Positions 27,155 to 36,597 are shown, numbered from the stretch's first letter. The stretch: DNA of 47,263 bases from Acidovorax sp. (GCA_030150585.1 JASLFM010000190.1:1-47263); one strand, 5' to 3'. Notes: generated by a model not told the origin, from the sequence alone. Numbers and translations: made by a program.

Positions 27155-27886
27155 GTGAGTTCGCCCATCCATCTCGCAGTCCTTGACGACGAGGAAGAAA
27201 TCACCTCGCTGCTTGCCGGCTATCTGTTGAGGCAAGGGTTTCGCGTTAGCCAGCTTCACACGGGTGCTTCCTTGATATCCCTGATGGACAGCGATGCCCC
27301 GGCGCTTGTGTTGCTCGACCTGGGTTTGCCTGGAGAAGATGGTTTCGCCATCGCGCGCCAGCTGCGCGAGCATTGGCGCTGTGGGCTGGTGATCATTACT
27401 GGCCGTGGTGACCCTGTCGACAAAGTGGTCGGCCTGGAGGTTGGTGCAGATGATTACGTGACCAAGCCGTTCGACCTTCGGGAACTATTGGCGCGCATCA
27501 AAGCGGTGTTGCGCCGTCTTGCCCCGAATGCCGAGCCTGCCATGGCGAGGATGCTCTTGGTCGGGCGAACCGCTCACCGCTTTCTTCAATGGGAACTGGA
27601 CACTGCTGCCCGCCGTTTGAGGGACCCCTCTGGGCTCGACGTTAATTTGACGACCGGTGAGTTCGATCTTCTCGCAGTTTTCATCGCGAACCCCGGACGG
27701 GTGCTATCGCGTGATTTCCTTCTGGAGTACACGCACCGGCGCGAGGCCAGCCCTTTCGATCGCACCATCGATGTGCAGGTTGGGCGACTGCGTCGCAAGA
27801 TGGAGGCAGATCCGCAGAATCCGCAGATCATCAAATCCGTGCGCGGCGCTGGCTACATCTTTATTCCCAAGGTTGACTCGTCGTGA
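27155..27886 (+). CDS. OmpR/PhoB-family response regulator
   Basis: GTG start. REC motifs: LAVLDDEEE, LVLLDLGLPGEDG and YVTKPF. The winged-helix output domain reads LTTGEFDLLAVFIANPGRVLSRDFLL...VQVGRLRRKME...IKSVRGAGYIF. Confidence 0.9.
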   Translation: MSSPIHLAVLDDEEEITSLLAGYLLRQGFRVSQLHTGASLISLMDSDAPALVLLDLGLPGEDGFAIARQLREHWRCGLVIITGRGDPVDKVVGLEVGADDYVTKPFDLRELLARIKAVLRRLAPNAEPAMARMLLVGRTAHRFLQWELDTAARRLRDPSGLDVNLTTGEFDLLAVFIANPGRVLSRDFLLEYTHRREASPFDRTIDVQVGRLRRKMEADPQNPQIIKSVRGAGYIFIPKVDSS

Positions 27887-29901
27887 GCGCCCACCCGGTG
27901 ATCCCCGGCTTCAGCGACTGCACGGTCTTCCGTGCGCTGTTCGCTGCTTACCCGGATGCCTTGCTGCTGGTCGATCTGCAAGGCCAGATTGTCCTGGCCA
28001 ATCCGGCAGCCATTGAGCTGCTGGGCTATTCTGCCGAGGCATTCTGCGGGTTGCCGGTGGATGAGTTGGTCCCCGATGGCATTCGGCCTCGCCATGCCGC
28101 TTACCGCGAAGCCTATGCGGCGCATCCACGCGCAAGGCCGATGGGAACGCACATGGAGCTGGTTGCCAAGCGGTGTGACGGCAGCGAGGTGATGGTGGAA
28201 ATAGCGCTGAGTCCACTTCAGGAGCGAGGCCTGCCATACATCGTGGCTGCGGTGCGCGGTGTGGGGGCCTATCCCCATGTCAAGCAAGCCTTTCAGCGTG
28301 CTCGCTATGCCGAGTGCCTGGCCCAGTTCGGCCGGAGCGCGGTCAATGCGCGCGAACCGCAGGCAGTGCTGAGGCAAGTGCCTGCAATGGCCGCTGAAGC
28401 ACTTGAAGTAGAGAGTGCGGCTGTTCTGATACTCGAGCCTGATGAACTCGATTTTCGCATTGCCGCAGGCATTGGCATGGCAGCGGGGGAGTATGTCGGT
28501 GGACTGCTTCCCAACCAACCAACCCTACCTGCAGGCCAAGTGGTTGCCACAGGGCAGGCTGTGATTGCGAGTGCGGGTAGCCGTGAGGGTGCGCACTGGC
28601 CCAGCGAACTGGCTGTGCCGCTGTCAGACTGCGGACGCACCATTGGCGTATTGAGCGCGCGTTCGCGCATTGCTGGGCGTTTCAGCGACCATGAAGGCCG
28701 TTTCCTGGGTTCTCTGTCGAATCTGCTCTCGACGGTGCTTCAGCGTGCGAAAAGTGAGGAGGCCCTGAGCCATGCACAGCGGCTGGAGAGCATCGGCCAG
28801 CTCACAGGGGGCATAGCCCATGACTTCAACAACCTTCTGACCGTGATTTCGGGCAACCTTCAAATGCTCGAAGGTATGCCTGTTTGCGCGACCGATGGTC
28901 ACATCCGGCAGCTCGTGGATGCCGCGAGCCGCGCGACCCGACGTGGCTCCGAGCTCACCGAAAAGCTGCTCGCCTTTTCGAGACGGCAAGTACTTCAGGC
29001 CAGTGTGCTGGACATATCCGAGCTGCTTTCCTCATTGACAGATATGCTTCGTCGAACGCTCGACCAGCGCATCATCATCACCCTTGAAGCTGAAGCGCTG
29101 CTGTGCTTGGCGGATCCGATACAACTTGAGTCTGCGTTGCTGAACATTGCCATCAATGCACGTGACGCCATGCCCGGCGGTGGTGTCTTGGCCTTCGTAT
29201 GCAGAGCACAGGCCACACTGCCTGACGAACTCATGGATCCTGGGGTGGAGCCGAACGAAGCCGGCTATGTGAGGATCGCCGTTACGGATACGGGCGCTGG
29301 TATGACCAAGGCTGTCAAGGCGCATGCCTTCGAGCCCTTTTTCACCACCAAGGAAAGTGGTCGTGGCACTGGCTTGGGGTTGTCTACTGTTTATGGATTT
29401 GCCAGGCAATCGCACGGAGCGGTCGCCCTGCAAAGCGAGCCAGGGAAGGGGACTACCGTGACGCTCTACCTGCCGCAAGTTCGCGCGGAAGGGGGCAGGG
29501 AGCCTCGGCAGCCGAGCGAGCCAGACCATGAATTTCCCACTGGGCTGAGGATACTGCTGGTCGAGGACGATTGCGAGCTTCGGTATGTGATTGAGAGGTT
29601 TCTTGCGTCAATGCAGTGCAAGGTGGAGTTCCGTGCGACTGCGGAGGAGGCTCTGAGGCTGCTGGAGTCCGATATCGCGTTCGACTTGCTCCTCTCCGAC
29701 ATCGCCCTGGGGGCCGGGATGCGCGGCATTGAGCTGGCCGAACTCGTGCGGGAGAGGTCGCCTGCGCTTCCCATATTGCTGATGTCTGGATTCTCTGGCG
29801 AGCTCATAGGGTCGCTGCGAGGATGGAGCTTTTTGCGTAAGCCCTGCACTTGCATGGAATTGAGGTATGCAATAGCAACGGCACTGCGTCCGCCGTGTTA
29901 G
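27883..29901 (+). CDS. Hybrid sensor histidine kinase (PAS, GAF, HisKA, HATPase, C-terminal REC)
   Basis: The GTG start overlaps the regulator stop (GTGA). Domains: PAS (FAAYPDALLLVDLQGQIVLANPAAIELLGY), a GAF-like segment, H-box (GGIAHDFNNLLTVI), N/G boxes (LNIAINARDAM, DTGAGM, GTGLGLS) and REC (ILLVEDD...LLLSDIAL). Confidence 0.9.
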   Translation: MSAHPVIPGFSDCTVFRALFAAYPDALLLVDLQGQIVLANPAAIELLGYSAEAFCGLPVDELVPDGIRPRHAAYREAYAAHPRARPMGTHMELVAKRCDGSEVMVEIALSPLQERGLPYIVAAVRGVGAYPHVKQAFQRARYAECLAQFGRSAVNAREPQAVLRQVPAMAAEALEVESAAVLILEPDELDFRIAAGIGMAAGEYVGGLLPNQPTLPAGQVVATGQAVIASAGSREGAHWPSELAVPLSDCGRTIGVLSARSRIAGRFSDHEGRFLGSLSNLLSTVLQRAKSEEALSHAQRLESIGQLTGGIAHDFNNLLTVISGNLQMLEGMPVCATDGHIRQLVDAASRATRRGSELTEKLLAFSRRQVLQASVLDISELLSSLTDMLRRTLDQRIIITLEAEALLCLADPIQLESALLNIAINARDAMPGGGVLAFVCRAQATLPDELMDPGVEPNEAGYVRIAVTDTGAGMTKAVKAHAFEPFFTTKESGRGTGLGLSTVYGFARQSHGAVALQSEPGKGTTVTLYLPQVRAEGGREPRQPSEPDHEFPTGLRILLVEDDCELRYVIERFLASMQCKVEFRATAEEALRLLESDIAFDLLLSDIALGAGMRGIELAELVRERSPALPILLMSGFSGELIGSLRGWSFLRKPCTCMELRYAIATALRPPC

Positions 29902-30611
29902 GCATTGGCGGTTCTTTGAATAAAGCCGCTGAGCGCCTCCATCCGTGGAATCTCGATGTCGCGCCGCCCCTTCTCCAGAAAGCGAATCAAATCGACGCGG
30001 GCCAAGTGCGACAAAGCCCTGCTCACAGACTCCAGCGTCATACCCAGGTAGTTACCTATCTCCGAGCGTGAAAGGTACAGCGTGATTCGGTCGGTGCGCT
30101 GGCCGCGCTGCGCCAAAGCATCAGACCAGTAGCGCAGGAACTCTGCCACCCGGGCTTCCGCTGGCAGCGAAAGACGGGACTGCAGTGATTCATGGTTCAA
30201 GGCGAGCGCGCGGCTCATGGCTTCGTGCAAGGCCATTAGCAGTGCGGGAGTGCGCGCGGAGGCTTGTAGTAGTGCTTCGTATCGGACTGACCAGACCTCT
30301 CCGGTGTCGAGTGCGATCGCATCGCAGGCGTATTGCCCGGTTGCGAGGCCATCCACCCCGAGCCAGTCCCCTCTGAAGTGGAGCGAGACCAGCTGCTCAC
30401 GACCTTCCGCGGACAGACTCACGAGTTTGACCAGTCCGCAGTTGAGCATATGGAGACAGCCAAACTCCTGTCCAACCCGGTAGATGGCATCACCCGCATG
30501 CACCATGCGCCGTTGAATGGAGACCGATTCCTGCAACAGCTGCAACATGGCGCCGATACGTGCTACCAAGTTGCGTGTCAGTTGGGCATCGCGTTGAGTT
30601 GCTTCATTCAT
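29898..30611 (-). CDS. CRP/FNR-family regulator without a cysteine cluster (Dnr/NnrR-like class)
   Basis: 237 aa with an effector barrel and the HTH SRSEIGNYLGMTLESVSRALSHL (E-x-x-S-R recognition residues). It has no N-terminal Cys motif. Its TAA overlaps the TAG of the convergent kinase (TTAG at 29898-29901). Confidence 0.85.
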   Translation of the reverse strand: MNEATQRDAQLTRNLVARIGAMLQLLQESVSIQRRMVHAGDAIYRVGQEFGCLHMLNCGLVKLVSLSAEGREQLVSLHFRGDWLGVDGLATGQYACDAIALDTGEVWSVRYEALLQASARTPALLMALHEAMSRALALNHESLQSRLSLPAEARVAEFLRYWSDALAQRGQRTDRITLYLSRSEIGNYLGMTLESVSRALSHLARVDLIRFLEKGRRDIEIPRMEALSGFIQRTANA

Positions 30612-30758
30612 CGCGCACTCCTGAAGAGTCCTTGGCAGAAGTCTAGGACGCCGTTGCTACGGCATGGAAAACGACGCTGATGTGTTGGCAACAGTGCGTG
30701 AACGGTTGGTAAATGTGAGGCCTGTCCCAGACCCGATCGACCGATATCTGTTCCAGGA

Positions 30759-30772
30759 TTGCGCTGCGTCAA
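30759..30772. promoter_or_regulatory. Candidate FNR-family box TTGCG-CTGC-GTCAA
   Basis: It lies in the 365-bp divergent spacer between the CRP-family gene (ATG 30611) and phaC (ATG 30977). Confidence 0.4.
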
Positions 30773-30976
30773 TCCATCTGCCCGATGGCGTTTTCTACTT
30801 GGGTCGATGGGTAGCGTGCCGAAGGAAATACCGCGCACACGCCATCGGCTGCGAAATCAGGCGCAATGATCTGCATGCTGAGCACGCGTTCCATGTGTGG
30901 CGCCAGTATCTTTGTGACGGCGGTCTGCTTGGAGTCCGTGCGCTAGCAGCCAGACTGTTGCACTCCAGGAAGTTTT

Positions 30977-32716
30977 ATGCAAAGCGACTCTCTACCCTCG
31001 GTGAATTCAGACTTGGATATCCAGGTTCGCGCAGCGCTTGCACGGATGACCGGTGGCTTGTCGCCCGCAGCCGGACTTCTGGCCCAATTGGATTGGGCAG
31101 CGCATCTGGCAGTCTTGCCCGGCAAGCGCCTGGATTTGGCATGTCTGGCGTTTGATCAAGTTCAGCGATTGGGCGGCTACCTGGGTGACTTCATGCGCAG
31201 CTACCTCCAGCCAGCCCGCGCCCGCGCCAAACTGCCCGTGCGTGACGAGCATTTTGCCGAAGCTGACTGGGAGTCATGGCCTTTTAATCTCTGGCACCAG
31301 ACCTTCCTGCTGTCACAACAGTGGTGGTGGGCGGCCACCCACGGCGTGACGGGTGTTGAGAAACATCATGAGGACCTCGTTGCGTTCGGCGCACGCCAAT
31401 GGCTCGACATGCTATCGCCCGGCAATCTCCCCTGGGCGAATCCGGTGGTCATCCGCAAGACCGCGCTGGAAAGCGGCGCCAACCTGTTGCGTGGATTCAG
31501 ATACTGGGCAGAGGACGTGGATCGCCTGGCGCGTGGCGCTCCTCCTGCTGGAAGTGAGCAGTTTCAACCTGGCCGCGACGTCGCTTGCACCCGAGGCAAG
31601 GTGGTGTTGCGCAACCGCCTGATGGAGTTGATCCAGTATTCACCAACCACCTCATCGGTGTACCAAGAGCCGGTGCTTATTGTTCCAGCGTGGATCATGA
31701 AGTATTACATCCTGGACTTGTCACCGAGCAACTCCCTCGTCAAATACTTGGTGGACCAGGGGCACACGGTGTTCTGCATCTCATGGAAAAACCCCCGGAA
31801 AGGCGATCATGACCTGGGCATGGATGACTACCTGGCACTTGGTTTCCATGCTGCGCTTGGTGCCGTGAATGCCATTTGTCCGAAAGGCCGGGTACATGCG
31901 ACGGGCTACTGCCTGGGAGGAACACTGCTGGCCATTGCCGCTGCGGCAATGGCGCGGGACGGAGATGCAAGGCTGGCCAGCACAACCTATTTCGGCGTAC
32001 AGATGGACTTCAGCGAGCCGGGCGAATTGGGGCTGTTTGTCGATGAGAGTCAGTTAAGCCTGCTGGAAGCCCAAATGGAGCAAGCTGGCTACCTCACAGC
32101 ACGGCAGATGGCGGCCGCCTTCAGCATGTTGCGCAGCTACGACCTGCTGTGGTCCCGCCTGGTTCACCGCTATTTGCTGGGTGAGCGCACCAGCATGAAC
32201 GATCTCATGGCATGGAATGCCGATGCAACCCGCATGCCAGCGAAGATGCACTCGCAGTACCTGCGCCGCTTGTTTTTGTGCAACGATCTCGCGGAAGGCC
32301 GTTACCGTGTTGGCGATGCGCCAGTGCTCCTTGATCGGATGGTGCTGCCCACCTTTGCCGTGGCTACGCTGACAGACCATGTGGCCCCTTGGCGATCGGT
32401 ACACAAGCTGCACCGGCTCACTTCTGCCGAAGTAACCTTTGTGCTCACCACCGGTGGGCACAACGCCGGTATCGTCAATCCGCCAGATCCGACGTCCCAT
32501 CACAGCTACTGGATGCTTACTCGTGCCGCAGGTGAACCCTATTTGGGTCCCGAAGAATGGCTGAACACAGCGCCAATGCATGCAGGCTCCTGGTGGCCGG
32601 CGTGGCAGCAGTGGCTCGCAGAGCACTCAGGTGCACGAGTCCGGCCGCCGCATCTTGGTGCAGATGGCTGTCTGCCATTGGCCGACGCACCTGGCAGCTA
32701 TGTGCTCGAGCGTTGA
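30977..32716 (+). CDS. phaC: Class I poly(3-hydroxyalkanoate) synthase PhaC
   Basis: 579 aa, preceded by the RBS AGGAAG. It has the lipase-box cysteine (ATGYCLGGTLLA), an alpha/beta-hydrolase core and the conserved ISWKNP motif. Confidence 0.9.
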   Translation: MQSDSLPSVNSDLDIQVRAALARMTGGLSPAAGLLAQLDWAAHLAVLPGKRLDLACLAFDQVQRLGGYLGDFMRSYLQPARARAKLPVRDEHFAEADWESWPFNLWHQTFLLSQQWWWAATHGVTGVEKHHEDLVAFGARQWLDMLSPGNLPWANPVVIRKTALESGANLLRGFRYWAEDVDRLARGAPPAGSEQFQPGRDVACTRGKVVLRNRLMELIQYSPTTSSVYQEPVLIVPAWIMKYYILDLSPSNSLVKYLVDQGHTVFCISWKNPRKGDHDLGMDDYLALGFHAALGAVNAICPKGRVHATGYCLGGTLLAIAAAAMARDGDARLASTTYFGVQMDFSEPGELGLFVDESQLSLLEAQMEQAGYLTARQMAAAFSMLRSYDLLWSRLVHRYLLGERTSMNDLMAWNADATRMPAKMHSQYLRRLFLCNDLAEGRYRVGDAPVLLDRMVLPTFAVATLTDHVAPWRSVHKLHRLTSAEVTFVLTTGGHNAGIVNPPDPTSHHSYWMLTRAAGEPYLGPEEWLNTAPMHAGSWWPAWQQWLAEHSGARVRPPHLGADGCLPLADAPGSYVLER

Positions 32717-32838
32717 TGCACCATCGTGACGGACAGCAATCTTCGCAACCTGCCGACAGGTGTCCGCTCAGATCGCATTCTTGCCCAGGGCGACAGACGG
32801 CCCAGCAACATGGACCTTGAAAAGCAAGGCGACATCTC

Positions 32839-34452
32839 TCACGCACTGGCGATGACTTCATTTTGCTCGCTGGCGGTCAGCGGCTCCGCTACGGCGAGCA
32901 GTTGCTCCAGCACCGCTTCGTTGGCCTCCGATGCATCGCCACTGCGCAGTCGCAGTCGTTCCCGCAGAACATGCATGGGGGCCTCACAGGCCAGGATGGC
33001 GAAGGGCCTTTGCAGTGCTTCGGCCAGTGCCCTGGCGGAAACGCGTTCGCTCCTGCGAAGGAACGCGGCATCCAGCACCACCGGGAGGCCCTCTTGGAGT
33101 GCGACACGCGCGAGTGCCAGCAGGCGAGCATAGGTTTGGTGGGTGAGCGTGGGGTTGTACGCGTCAAACCCCTCGGCCCGCGTGTCAGCCAGCAAGTCCA
33201 GGCCCAGGAGCCGTTTTCTTTCAACGTCTGAGCGGATGCGAATGGCGCCGTCATGCTCCAGAAGCCGTTGCGAGGCATAGGTTTTCCCGGAGCCCGGCAA
33301 TCCATATGTGATGACCAGGCGCGCATGGGCGAGGCGGCTCCATTCCAGTGCAGTTCGCGCGTACATTGGGGCAGCGCTGTCATCCGGTGCGCGCAGGTGT
33401 TCGACCTGTGCGCGAACGAGCGCATGGCTTACCAGGTAAAAGCGCAGCAGACCGAGCCCTTCGTATTCGCCGCTGTGTTCCAGCCAGGCGTTGAAAAAAC
33501 GCCAACCCAGATCGGGGCGGCCACGTGCAGCAAAGTCCATCAGTGCAAAAGCGGCGTCGTCGACGATGTCTAGCGAGCGCAACGACGGATCGAATTCGAT
33601 ACAGTCGAAGGCCATGACTTCGCCGCGCCATGCGACGATGTTGGCCAGATGAAGGTCGCCATGCCCTTCGCGGATCTTGCCTGCGCGCACACGCTGCTGC
33701 CAAAGGTGCTGCACGGCACGCCATCGCGCTTCGAGCCATGCCGCGAGGGCATGGGCATCGGCGGATGAAAAAAGTGATCGCGCTCCGGACAGCGCCGCCT
33801 GTGCCCGACGCAGTGGGAGATCGCCGACAGGATCGATATCTGCTGCTGCCGAGGTGGCCTTTGCGTGGAATGTGGCCAGTCGGTGGGCGAACCGGTCCAC
33901 CTCCTGTGCGCCCAAGCTGCCTGCCTTCAGGCGCTCAGAAAACAGCGCTCCCGCAGGAAAGCGCTTCATGCGCACCGCATAGTCCAGCGTGGGGCCATCC
34001 GTATCGATGCCAGGCGCCTGCGCAGACCCTGTGACCCGCGAGATACCTTCGTACAGCGAGGCCGCAAGCCTGCGGTTCAGGCGCACCTCCTCTTCGCAAA
34101 AGATGCGTCTGCGCTCGGCCGTGGAGTAGTCGAGGAATGGCAGCCGCACCGGCTTCTTCAATTTGAATGCCAACGCGGGGGTGAGAAGAATCCAGGAGAT
34201 ATGTGTCTCCACCAGTTCGGCGCCTAGCGCTCGTGCGAGCCTCAATACCAGTTCCCGAGAATGCTCTGCCACATGCGAGCGTTCTTGACGGTGCGAAATC
34301 GATGGGGCTCCTGCTGGATGGGAGTCTTTCATGTGGCTTGGATCCAAGGACCTTTTCACAAGCGCGTTCCGGCTGCGCTGGAATAGCCGTGCAGTGCAAG
34401 ATGCCCATCCAGAAGCCAGTGGGGCCTGCATGGGGGTGGGGTTCGACGGCAA
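32839..34452 (-). CDS. Fusion protein: aminoglycoside-phosphotransferase-like kinase domain plus a C-terminal AAA/P-loop kinase domain
   Basis: N-terminal part: VETHISWILLT...AFKLKKPV...FLDYST and HGDLHLANIV (APH/protein-kinase-like catalytic loop). C-terminal part: P-loop YGLPGSGKT. The longest ORF is 537 aa, and the real start may be the ATG at 34332. Confidence 0.72.
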   Translation of the reverse strand: MPSNPTPMQAPLASGWASCTARLFQRSRNALVKRSLDPSHMKDSHPAGAPSISHRQERSHVAEHSRELVLRLARALGAELVETHISWILLTPALAFKLKKPVRLPFLDYSTAERRRIFCEEEVRLNRRLAASLYEGISRVTGSAQAPGIDTDGPTLDYAVRMKRFPAGALFSERLKAGSLGAQEVDRFAHRLATFHAKATSAAADIDPVGDLPLRRAQAALSGARSLFSSADAHALAAWLEARWRAVQHLWQQRVRAGKIREGHGDLHLANIVAWRGEVMAFDCIEFDPSLRSLDIVDDAAFALMDFAARGRPDLGWRFFNAWLEHSGEYEGLGLLRFYLVSHALVRAQVEHLRAPDDSAAPMYARTALEWSRLAHARLVITYGLPGSGKTYASQRLLEHDGAIRIRSDVERKRLLGLDLLADTRAEGFDAYNPTLTHQTYARLLALARVALQEGLPVVLDAAFLRRSERVSARALAEALQRPFAILACEAPMHVLRERLRLRSGDASEANEAVLEQLLAVAEPLTASEQNEVIASA

Positions 34453-34476
34453 CGCCGCATGGTTGCTGGGAGCCTT

Positions 34477-35553
34477 TCAGGGCACGATGGCCACCTTGAG
34501 AACCCCATCGCGTTGGTGGCTGAAAAGTTCATAAGCAGCTTCTATGTCATCGAGCCGGAATCGATGCGTCACCATAGGACCGAGGTCAACGCACTTGGCT
34601 GCGATTACGGACAACAGCCGGCGCATGCGCTCCTTGCCACCGGGGCAAAGGGTGGTGACGATATGGTGATCTCCCAGGCCAGCGGCAAAGGCAGCATACG
34701 GTACGCGAAGATCGCTGGAATACACCCCCAAGCTGCTCAGAGTCCCCCCGGGACGCAGCACCCGCAGGCAAGATTCAAAGGTCTGTTGCGTGCCGAGAGC
34801 CTCGATGGCTGCATCAACGCCCCGTCCACCGGTCAATCGCATGATTTCATCGACAGGGTCAACGCGACTGGCATCGATGACATGATCGGCTCCCATCGCG
34901 AGTGCCATGTCCAAGCGGGCTGGGATTTTGTCCACCCCTATAACGAAACTGGCGCCGCGCAGCTTGGCTCCAGCCGTTGCACACAAGCCGATGGGGCCTT
35001 GTGCAAAGACTGCGACCATGTCGCCAATCTGGATGCCTGCGCGCTCGGCGCCGCCGAATCCGGTTGACATGATGTCTGGGCACATCAGCACCTGTTCATC
35101 GGTGAGGTTGTCAGGCACGGGCGCGAGATTGGCCATCGCATCAGGTATGCGCACATACTCAGCCTGGCATCCATCGATGGTATTTCCAAGCTTCCATCCT
35201 CCGATCGGCTTCCAACCATGCGCAGAGCCCGCTCCATCTTGCGAGCAGCTGCCACAGAGACAAGCATTGCTCCAGCCACTTGGAGTGATTGCTCCGGCGA
35301 TGACACGTTGACCTTCTCGATAGCCATGCACAGCGGAGCCCAGTCTGGCTATTGTGCCTACGGGTTCATGGCCTACCGTGAGTTGCGGGGCAACCGGGTA
35401 CTCTCCTTTGAGGATGTGTACATCGGTGCCGCAAATAGTGGTCGTCGTGACCTTGACCAGTGCGTCCAGCGGCCCGATATCGGGAATTGGCTTTTCGTCG
35501 AGAACGATGCGGCCAGGCTCCACGAACACTGCAGCTTTCATCTTGGCAGCCAT
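34477..35553 (-). CDS. Zinc-dependent alcohol dehydrogenase (MDR superfamily)
   Basis: ATG 35553 lies 5 nt after the RBS AGGAGA. Motifs present: MAAKMKAAVFVEPGRIVL...CGTDVHILKG...GHE and GPIGL (Rossmann). Confidence 0.9.
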   Translation of the reverse strand: MAAKMKAAVFVEPGRIVLDEKPIPDIGPLDALVKVTTTTICGTDVHILKGEYPVAPQLTVGHEPVGTIARLGSAVHGYREGQRVIAGAITPSGWSNACLCGSCSQDGAGSAHGWKPIGGWKLGNTIDGCQAEYVRIPDAMANLAPVPDNLTDEQVLMCPDIMSTGFGGAERAGIQIGDMVAVFAQGPIGLCATAGAKLRGASFVIGVDKIPARLDMALAMGADHVIDASRVDPVDEIMRLTGGRGVDAAIEALGTQQTFESCLRVLRPGGTLSSLGVYSSDLRVPYAAFAAGLGDHHIVTTLCPGGKERMRRLLSVIAAKCVDLGPMVTHRFRLDDIEAAYELFSHQRDGVLKVAIVP

Positions 35554-35613
35554 GCGGTTCTCCTTTGCGAGCAATCGGATTGTCAAAGTCTAGAAAGCGC
35601 AACGCAAAGATCC

Positions 35614-35627
35614 TTGCGCGTTGTCAA
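35614..35627. promoter_or_regulatory. Candidate FNR-family box (gene-sense TTGAC-AACG-CGCAA)
   Basis: Its centre is 67.5 nt upstream of the ADH ATG (35553). It overlaps the first copy of the 10-bp direct repeat TGTCAAGGCA (35622-35631 and 35638-35647). Confidence 0.5.
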
Positions 35628-35721
35628 GGCAAACAGCTGTCAAGGCAGCATTCAGTAGAGCGCACTTTGGTGCAATGTGGGCAGCGTTTCCGCTGTGAGC
35701 AACCCGATGTACTCAGCATCG

Positions 35722-35735
35722 TTGATGCCGGTCAA
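35722..35735. promoter_or_regulatory. Candidate FNR/Anr box TTGAT-GCCG-GTCAA
   Basis: This is a 9/10 match to the consensus half-sites. Its centre is only about 41 nt upstream of the lipoprotein ATG (35770). That would imply a nearly leaderless mRNA, or the box serves another function. Confidence 0.4.
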
Positions 35736-35769
35736 CAGCAGGTGATCATTGATTCGGGATAGTGGACGC

Positions 35770-36348
35770 ATGAAGCGTGCAAGGCTCTTCATTCCGATCA
35801 TGGCAGGCATGCTGTGCGTCGGTTGCTCATCCCTGCTGCCACGAGGGGTTAGTGACACACCATCACCATTTCGGAACTTTGTTGACGCACAGGATGCTGT
35901 GGAGAAAATCGAGGCTTTCCGAACACGAACCGCGGACTTACCGACATTGGGACTCGACCCTGAAACCGGAAAGAACGTCACCAGAATCCCCTACCCAGAT
36001 ATCGTGGCACGTCTCGCGCCGTATTCCGGTGTTCCGCTTGAGGCTCTAGAGCCGGGTATTCATGCCTGCATTCTCGCGCGTGAAAGATGCCACGCCTACC
36101 TGTTTCACTTTGAGCGAATTGACCGCCGACGCGAGGGTGGCTTCTGGTCGGATTTCCTGAACATCCGTCGGATTACATACACAACGGGCTGGTGGATAGA
36201 GATCCTGGTAGTCGCCAACGACGAAGGAATGGTTCTGTTTCGAAATTATTCGGGCAATGCCCGCATTGAAAAGATCGAACGCCAGACCAATCCACTTGGC
36301 CCTTTGCAGCCGGCAGGTGAGACGGCCGGCGCTGCGTTGGTGCGTTAA
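35770..36348 (+). CDS. Hypothetical lipoprotein
   Basis: MKRARLFIPIMAGMLCVGC is a signal peptide with a lipobox. I recognise no family for the rest of the sequence. Confidence 0.55.
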   Translation: MKRARLFIPIMAGMLCVGCSSLLPRGVSDTPSPFRNFVDAQDAVEKIEAFRTRTADLPTLGLDPETGKNVTRIPYPDIVARLAPYSGVPLEALEPGIHACILARERCHAYLFHFERIDRRREGGFWSDFLNIRRITYTTGWWIEILVVANDEGMVLFRNYSGNARIEKIERQTNPLGPLQPAGETAGAALVR

Positions 36349-36597
36349 GGCGCCATTGCCTCAGGGGCGAACGTCTCGTTGTGGTGCTGAACTGGTTTGT
36401 GCGCTATCGCGGGGTTGCATTGAGAGCGGAGAACTACCCGTGAACCGCAACGAGGTGGGGGGCCTGATCTGTCGAGCGACAGCCAACGCAGTCGGCCAGT
36501 GATAGCAAGGCGTTGTACGACCATCGCAGGGAAGCGGCGGCGACTTGCTGGGCTGCACCCACCGGAAGGACTGGACCACTGCGCGCTTCCTGAAAAT

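Noticed and set aside
30664-31155. 163-aa plus-strand ORF in the CRP-paralog/phaC spacer. It starts MENDADVLATVRERLV and reads vaguely protein-like.
   Set aside because: It overlaps the well-supported phaC start by about 180 nt in another frame. It contains the FNR-like box, has no RBS and shows no family resemblance.
36520-36595. Possible cobalamin riboswitch upstream of the nitroreductase-family gene. The features were GGGAAGCGG...ACCACTG and a long-range GGAAGCG/CGCTTCC stem. BluB, a nitroreductase-fold enzyme, is often riboswitch-controlled.
   Set aside because: The B12-box match is poor (ACCACTG rather than GCCACTG, with no surrounding consensus). The downstream protein has the SagB-type pattern (RTAPSA...), not BluB. 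An FNR-like box at 36598 already explains the spacer. A cmsearch with the Rfam cobalamin model would settle it.
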